Of a stretch of 64,000 nucleotides of DNA, positions 59,603 to 64,000 are shown one piece after another; position 1 is the stretch's first letter, and each line of letters starts with the position of its first letter. The notes under the pieces were generated by a model. That model was not told where the DNA came from and searched no databases. It saw nothing but the letters and a program-made list of their open reading frames with translations. Origin of the DNA: an uncultured virus (IMG/VR IMGVR_UViG_3300042973_000010) (lineage: Duplodnaviria; Heunggongvirae; Uroviricota; Caudoviricetes). A program made the translations under genes and the position numbers. The DNA lies in the IMG/VR virus record IMGVR_UViG_3300042973_000010; one strand, given 5' to 3'.

Positions 59603-60945
59603 CGCATCACCGCCTTCACCGCGTCGATCAGAGCTGACTGCGTTTTGTCTTTACGTCGCAGGGCGTTCAGAATCTGTCCGTCGATGGTGTCTGCAGTGAC
59701 GATGTGCTGGATAACGACAGTCCGGCTTTTCTGTCCTTGTCGCCAGAGTCTCGCGTTCGTCTGTTGGTAAAGTTCAAGACTCCATGTGAGCCCGAACCAG
59801 ACAATCGTGCTTCCGCCGTCTTGAAGATTCAGGCCATGTCCTGCGGAAGCAGGATGAATCAGTCCGACCGGGATCTGTCCTGCATTCCAGTCCGTGATAT
59901 CCTTTGATGATTTGATTTCTCTTACGTCAAACCGTTTCCGGATTCTCTCAAGATCATGCCGGAACCAGTAGGCAATGAGAAGCGGCTTGCCGTTTGCGGC
60001 TTCGATGATGTCCTCCAAGGCATCAAGCTTCCGGTTATGGAACTCGATGATCTTCCCGTCATCCGAATAGACTGCACCGTTTGAGAGCTGTGCAAGCTTG
60101 CCGGTAAGCGTTGCGGCGTTCGCAGCGGTGATCTCGTCGCCGTGAAGCTGAAGCGCAAGTTCGCTTTTCAATTCTTCATATCGCTTGCGTTCGTCTTCGG
60201 AAAGCAGCACGTCATATTCTGTAGATATGAGCTCGGGCATCTTGAGATGGTCGGAGGACTTCATCGAAATCGTAATGTCGGATATCTGTTGGTAGATTGC
60301 ATCCTCGGCACCGGGCAGTGGTTTGTAGGAGTAGATGATTTCGCCGTTTCTCTTGTCCGGCACGAAATAGTTCAGCCGGTACTGGCTGATGAATCGCCCG
60401 AGACGTTTTCCCTGATCGAGAAGCTTGAACTCCGCCCATAGATCCATGAGACCATTGGAAGAAGGGGTGCCGGTAAGACCGACGATCCTCTTAATGAAAG
60501 GCCGAACCTTCATTAATGCTTTGAATCGCTTGGATTTGTGATTCTTGAAGGATGAAAGCTCATCAACAATTACCATGTCGTAATCGAATGGGACGCCGGA
60601 GCTGTCAATCAGCCATCCGAGATTTTCTCGATTGACGATCGTGACGTCTGCGCCTTGAAGGAGAGCAGCTTTTCGTTCTCTGGCGGTTCCGACCGCGACT
60701 GCGTAGGTGAGTCCGGACAGATGCTTCCATTTTTTGATCTCTGCTGGCCAGGTGTCCCTCGCCACACGAAGTGGTGCGACCACCAGAACACGATGAACCA
60801 GAAAGCTGTCGAACAGAAGATCGAAGACAGCCGTCAGGCTGATCACGGTCTTTCCAAGACCCATGTCCAAGAGAACGGCAGCGATCGGATGCGTCTCGAT
60901 GTAGTCGATGGCGTATTTCTGGTAGTCATGTGGTTTGAAGTTCAT
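59599..60945 (-). CDS. SNF2-family helicase
   Basis: DMGLGKT, VDELS, LTGTP. Confidence 0.93.
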   Translation of the reverse strand: MNFKPHDYQKYAIDYIETHPIAAVLLDMGLGKTVISLTAVFDLLFDSFLVHRVLVVAPLRVARDTWPAEIKKWKHLSGLTYAVAVGTARERKAALLQGADVTIVNRENLGWLIDSSGVPFDYDMVIVDELSSFKNHKSKRFKALMKVRPFIKRIVGLTGTPSSNGLMDLWAEFKLLDQGKRLGRFISQYRLNYFVPDKRNGEIIYSYKPLPGAEDAIYQQISDITISMKSSDHLKMPELISTEYDVLLSEDERKRYEELKSELALQLHGDEITAANAATLTGKLAQLSNGAVYSDDGKIIEFHNRKLDALEDIIEAANGKPLLIAYWFRHDLERIRKRFDVREIKSSKDITDWNAGQIPVGLIHPASAGHGLNLQDGGSTIVWFGLTWSLELYQQTNARLWRQGQKSRTVVIQHIVTADTIDGQILNALRRKDKTQSALIDAVKAVMR

Positions 60946-61207
60946 CCAGCATCCCTCCGATCTTGTCTACGTCATCAATCACATAGACCCGGTATCCCAG
61001 CTTCCGAAGGAGCCGGTGGCGTGACACTTGCAGCGATCTCGGCTTTTTACCGGGTGCCTTTAGTTCCGCGAATGCCATATGCCCGTCAGGTAATAAAATG
61101 AGACGGTCGGGCATACCTGCAAAACCCGGAGAGACGAACTTCGGCGCAATCCCACCCGCGCTTTTTATCATCACGACTAATTTGCGTTCTATTTCCTTTT
61201 CGTTCAT
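60926..61207 (-). CDS. VRR-NUC nuclease
   Basis: GMPDRL, ELKAPGKKPR. Confidence 0.9.
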   Translation of the reverse strand: MNEKEIERKLVVMIKSAGGIAPKFVSPGFAGMPDRLILLPDGHMAFAELKAPGKKPRSLQVSRHRLLRKLGYRVYVIDDVDKIGGMLDELQTT

Positions 61208-61278
61208 GCATTTCTCCTTGAAAAACCTGAGGTGTGCAGGTCTCGATAGTCATTTCCTAAAACCTCTATATAAATTTT

Positions 61279-63053
61279 GGGTCAATCATTTTTGGTGTGG
61301 GGTGAACACATGAGCGTTCTTCCCGGTTAACAGTTTCAACGGACGCCGTCCTTGACATGAACCTCAGGAAACGTTGTTCGGTCTATGCCGACGGCGAAGA
61401 ACTCAGGGACAGGCTTCCAGACTCCGTCGCCGACGGTCGGCGGATTGTAACGTTTCCTGAGAACCCTGTCAAGGATCCCCTTCGGCGGCTGGGATCATGC
61501 CTCTGGCTCTGCTCCTCGGAACAGGCGGGGCGCTGCCGGAACTATAAAGTAATTGCATAAAAAGGATCTTCCTGTACTATCCGAGTTGCATCCTGGCAAG
61601 ATGTAACAACCCAAACAGAAGGGAGATCCTCTGCATGAATTGTACTCGGACTGACGCAAACGGGCAACTGTCTTTTTCCGCTTTTACCGGAAGTTTCCTC
61701 ATGGTTCCTTCCTCCATGACCAGCTTCTACAACACCGGAACGACGGTTGAGACTACCAGGTCCGGCCGTACTGCCTACCGTTATGAGGGAACCCTGGACA
61801 TACAGGATTCTGACCGCATCTGCCCGAAGTGCGGCAAAAAGATGCATGTTCATGGCGGACATCCTATTGCTGTTCAGCACCTGAATGTCGGGGGAAGTTT
61901 TGGCTACCTTTCATTCAGACGCAACCAGCTGGAATGCCCGCACTGCGGCGCAACTGTGATGCAGTCTGTTCCTTTCATGGCCGATCATCACCGGATCACA
62001 AAGGAACTTCTGCAATACACGAAGGACCTTCTTGCTACAGGAACTTATACGCTGAAGCAGGTGTCTGAGATCACCGGACTTGGCAAGAATACAGTCAAGG
62101 CGATTGATCTTAGGCGGCTTCAGGATAAATACACCATTGATGGCCAAACACTGATAAAACCTGAGCAAACGACGCGTTTCCTCGGCATTGATGAGTTCAA
62201 GCTGCACGACGGACACCGCTATGCCACTCACATCATCGACATGCGTACCGGGCATATCCTCTGGATCTCGCACGGCAAGAAAAAGCAGGTCGTGTATGAC
62301 TTCATCGAGCATGTCGGTCTGGAATGGATGGACAATGTCGAGGCGGTTGCCTGTGACATGAACTCCGATTTCCAGGAAGCCTTCGAGGAAAAGTGCCCTC
62401 ATATCCAGCCGGTTTTTGACTACTTCCACATCGTTAAGAACTTCAACGATAAGGTTGTCAGCGAGATCCGGAAGGACGAACAGCGCAGGCTTTACGATGA
62501 GGGCAACTTCGAAGGCGCACGCCAGCTGAAACGGTCAAAGTATATCCTCACGTCCTCAAGAAAGACCCTTCAGAAGAAGGACCAGGAGGCACGTGATGGC
62601 AAAGTTATCTCCAAGGGCAGCGAGATGTTCTGCAAGGAAGAGTACAGGCGCAAGGAGGGGTATGAAGCCCGCTACGATGACCTGCTCAAAGAGAACAAGC
62701 TCCTGTTCACCTGTGATCTCATCAAAGAGACTCTGACTCTGGCTTACAGCCGTGAGGATGAAACTTTGATGATGAAGGACATTGAGAAAGTCATGGATCT
62801 CTGCGAAGAGACCGGAAATGTTCATCTCATGTGGTTCCACAGACTGCTGTCCAAACACTTCGAAGGCATTATTGCCCATGCAACTTACGGCATGTCCTCA
62901 GGCAAAATCGAGGGCATCAACAACAAGATCAAGACGCTCAGGCGTCAGGGGTACGGGTATCCAGATGACGACTACTTCTTCCTCAAGCTCTTTGACTTAA
63001 GCCGGGCTGAGGTGGTCCGGAACCCCAAATCCCATAGGAAAAGTGATTGAGGC
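61279..63053 (+). mobile_element. ISL3-family insertion sequence (1775 bp)
   Basis: 8-bp direct repeat TAAATTTT at 61271..61278 and 63054..63061; imperfect terminal IRs GGGTCAATCATTTTT / GCCTCAATCACTTTT. Confidence 0.92.
61635..63050 (+). CDS. ISL3-family transposase
   Basis: CPKCG/CPHCG, LGIDEF, CDM, D.FHIV, EGINNKIK..R.GYGY. Confidence 0.93.
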   Translation: MNCTRTDANGQLSFSAFTGSFLMVPSSMTSFYNTGTTVETTRSGRTAYRYEGTLDIQDSDRICPKCGKKMHVHGGHPIAVQHLNVGGSFGYLSFRRNQLECPHCGATVMQSVPFMADHHRITKELLQYTKDLLATGTYTLKQVSEITGLGKNTVKAIDLRRLQDKYTIDGQTLIKPEQTTRFLGIDEFKLHDGHRYATHIIDMRTGHILWISHGKKKQVVYDFIEHVGLEWMDNVEAVACDMNSDFQEAFEEKCPHIQPVFDYFHIVKNFNDKVVSEIRKDEQRRLYDEGNFEGARQLKRSKYILTSSRKTLQKKDQEARDGKVISKGSEMFCKEEYRRKEGYEARYDDLLKENKLLFTCDLIKETLTLAYSREDETLMMKDIEKVMDLCEETGNVHLMWFHRLLSKHFEGIIAHATYGMSSGKIEGINNKIKTLRRQGYGYPDDDYFFLKLFDLSRAEVVRNPKSHRKSD

Positions 63054-63120
63054 TAAATTTTTATTTTTTCTCTATAGGGACTTTTGTATATAGACCTTCT
63101 CGACCTGCACACTTTTACTT

Positions 63121-64000
63121 TCAGTCCAGAAAATCCTGACCGGTTTTGAGCTTCAGGCCGTAAACGAGAATTCCGGATCTGGTCTTTTTACGCTTGAATC
63201 CTGCCTTCTCCAGATTCCCGTAGAAATCCGTCGTGCTTCTGGCGTACTCACCGGTCTGAAAGCAGACTGCGTGATATTGCTGATAAAGATCCCCGGATTT
63301 TTCCGTATATGACGGATCTACATCGCAATGCTCGTCAATGAACTGCCCGAGCCAGTCATTGTCCTCACGGTATTTGTCAACGGCGTCTCTGACCGCCTTC
63401 GGTTCCGGTATCTTGAATCCCTTTGCAATGGCAATTTCAGCACCTTCGATAATCCATGAAAGGATCGCCGGGCCCGCCTGCTCGAAAAGGTAGTCGGAGT
63501 AGTTCTTGATGTCGGATTTCCCGGTGATCTTTGCATTGAACGGAATCACGATGAGCCTGCGCCAGGTACCGTCATCATTGGCGGACACCTTCGGCAGGTA
63601 GTTCGTATAGAGGACGAGTGTATGCGAGGGATCAAAGTGGAACGGGTCCTTATATTTCTTTTCCGCCTCGATCGGATCGACGCTGCAGAGCTGCTTTACC
63701 ATGCCGGTATTGAGCCTTTGACCTTCTTCAAGTTCCGACGCGATAATGAGACGCTTGCCTTTGAGCTCCGCCATTTCCGGTTTGACGTTCCTCTTGCAGT
63801 TCATGGTGAGTGCTTCGGCGGATATCTTGCCGGAGTAGTTACCGAGAACTCTGGCGATGGTGTTCCAGAAGGTGGATTTTCCGTTTGCACCGCCGCCGTA
63901 AGCGATGATCATCTGTTCCGCATAGACGCGTCCGACTGCCGCCATGCCGACGATCTGCTGCACATAGTCGATGAGCTCCATGTCGCCGCAGAAAAACAGG
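63121..64000 (-). CDS. P4-family primase-helicase, C-terminal part
   Basis: GGGANGKST; matches 15929..17089. Confidence 0.92.
   Translation of the reverse strand, partial: LFFCGDMELIDYVQQIVGMAAVGRVYAEQMIIAYGGGANGKSTFWNTIARVLGNYSGKISAEALTMNCKRNVKPEMAELKGKRLIIASELEEGQRLNTGMVKQLCSVDPIEAEKKYKDPFHFDPSHTLVLYTNYLPKVSANDDGTWRRLIVIPFNAKITGKSDIKNYSDYLFEQAGPAILSWIIEGAEIAIAKGFKIPEPKAVRDAVDKYREDNDWLGQFIDEHCDVDPSYTEKSGDLYQQYHAVCFQTGEYARSTTDFYGNLEKAGFKRKKTRSGILVYGLKLKTGQDFLD

Larger units (their letters stand above)
31767..64000 (-). mobile_element. Prophage R; continues beyond the right edge; left end may extend to the hsdM breakpoint (~27030)
   Basis: Primase through lysis genes followed by a recombinase module. 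Confidence 0.92.

Noticed and set aside
1..64000. L and R as an assembly duplication of one phage
   Set aside because: Homologues differ at many synonymous and amino-acid positions, and capsid, terS and activator are clearly diverged

Overview
Two related but non-identical Firmicutes (Clostridia-like) siphovirus prophages lie head-to-tail, both transcribed on the minus strand. Prophage L (<1 to ~25.8 kb, possibly extending to the hsdM at ~27 kb) has an XRE/ImmA switch, a Com-like Zn finger, a sigma-like factor, PolA/primase/SNF2 replication genes, an HNH-terminase packaging module, an HK97-type head and the start of the tail. Prophage R (~27-31.8 kb to >64 kb) has primase, packaging, head, a full tail with a GH18 protein, holin/endolysin and two large serine recombinases. 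Between them is a more AT-rich block: HTH gene, a type I hsdM cut off just before its SAM-binding motif, an RHH/Zn-ribbon operon, and MarR-MATE. An ISL3 element with an 8-bp target duplication sits in R's putative origin. Best leads: (1) R may be integrated inside hsdM; (2) two near-identical cos-like sites are 45.4 kb apart and would delimit a hybrid packageable genome; (3) a regulatory cascade can be read from repeated motifs (dyad operator, Com-like protein, structured sigma leader, sigma-like promoters, activator-specific late repeats); (4) a tail domain appears split over genes with two alternative completing halves. Many single-base frameshifts look like sequencing or assembly errors. 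All family assignments are from motif recognition and synteny, not database searches.
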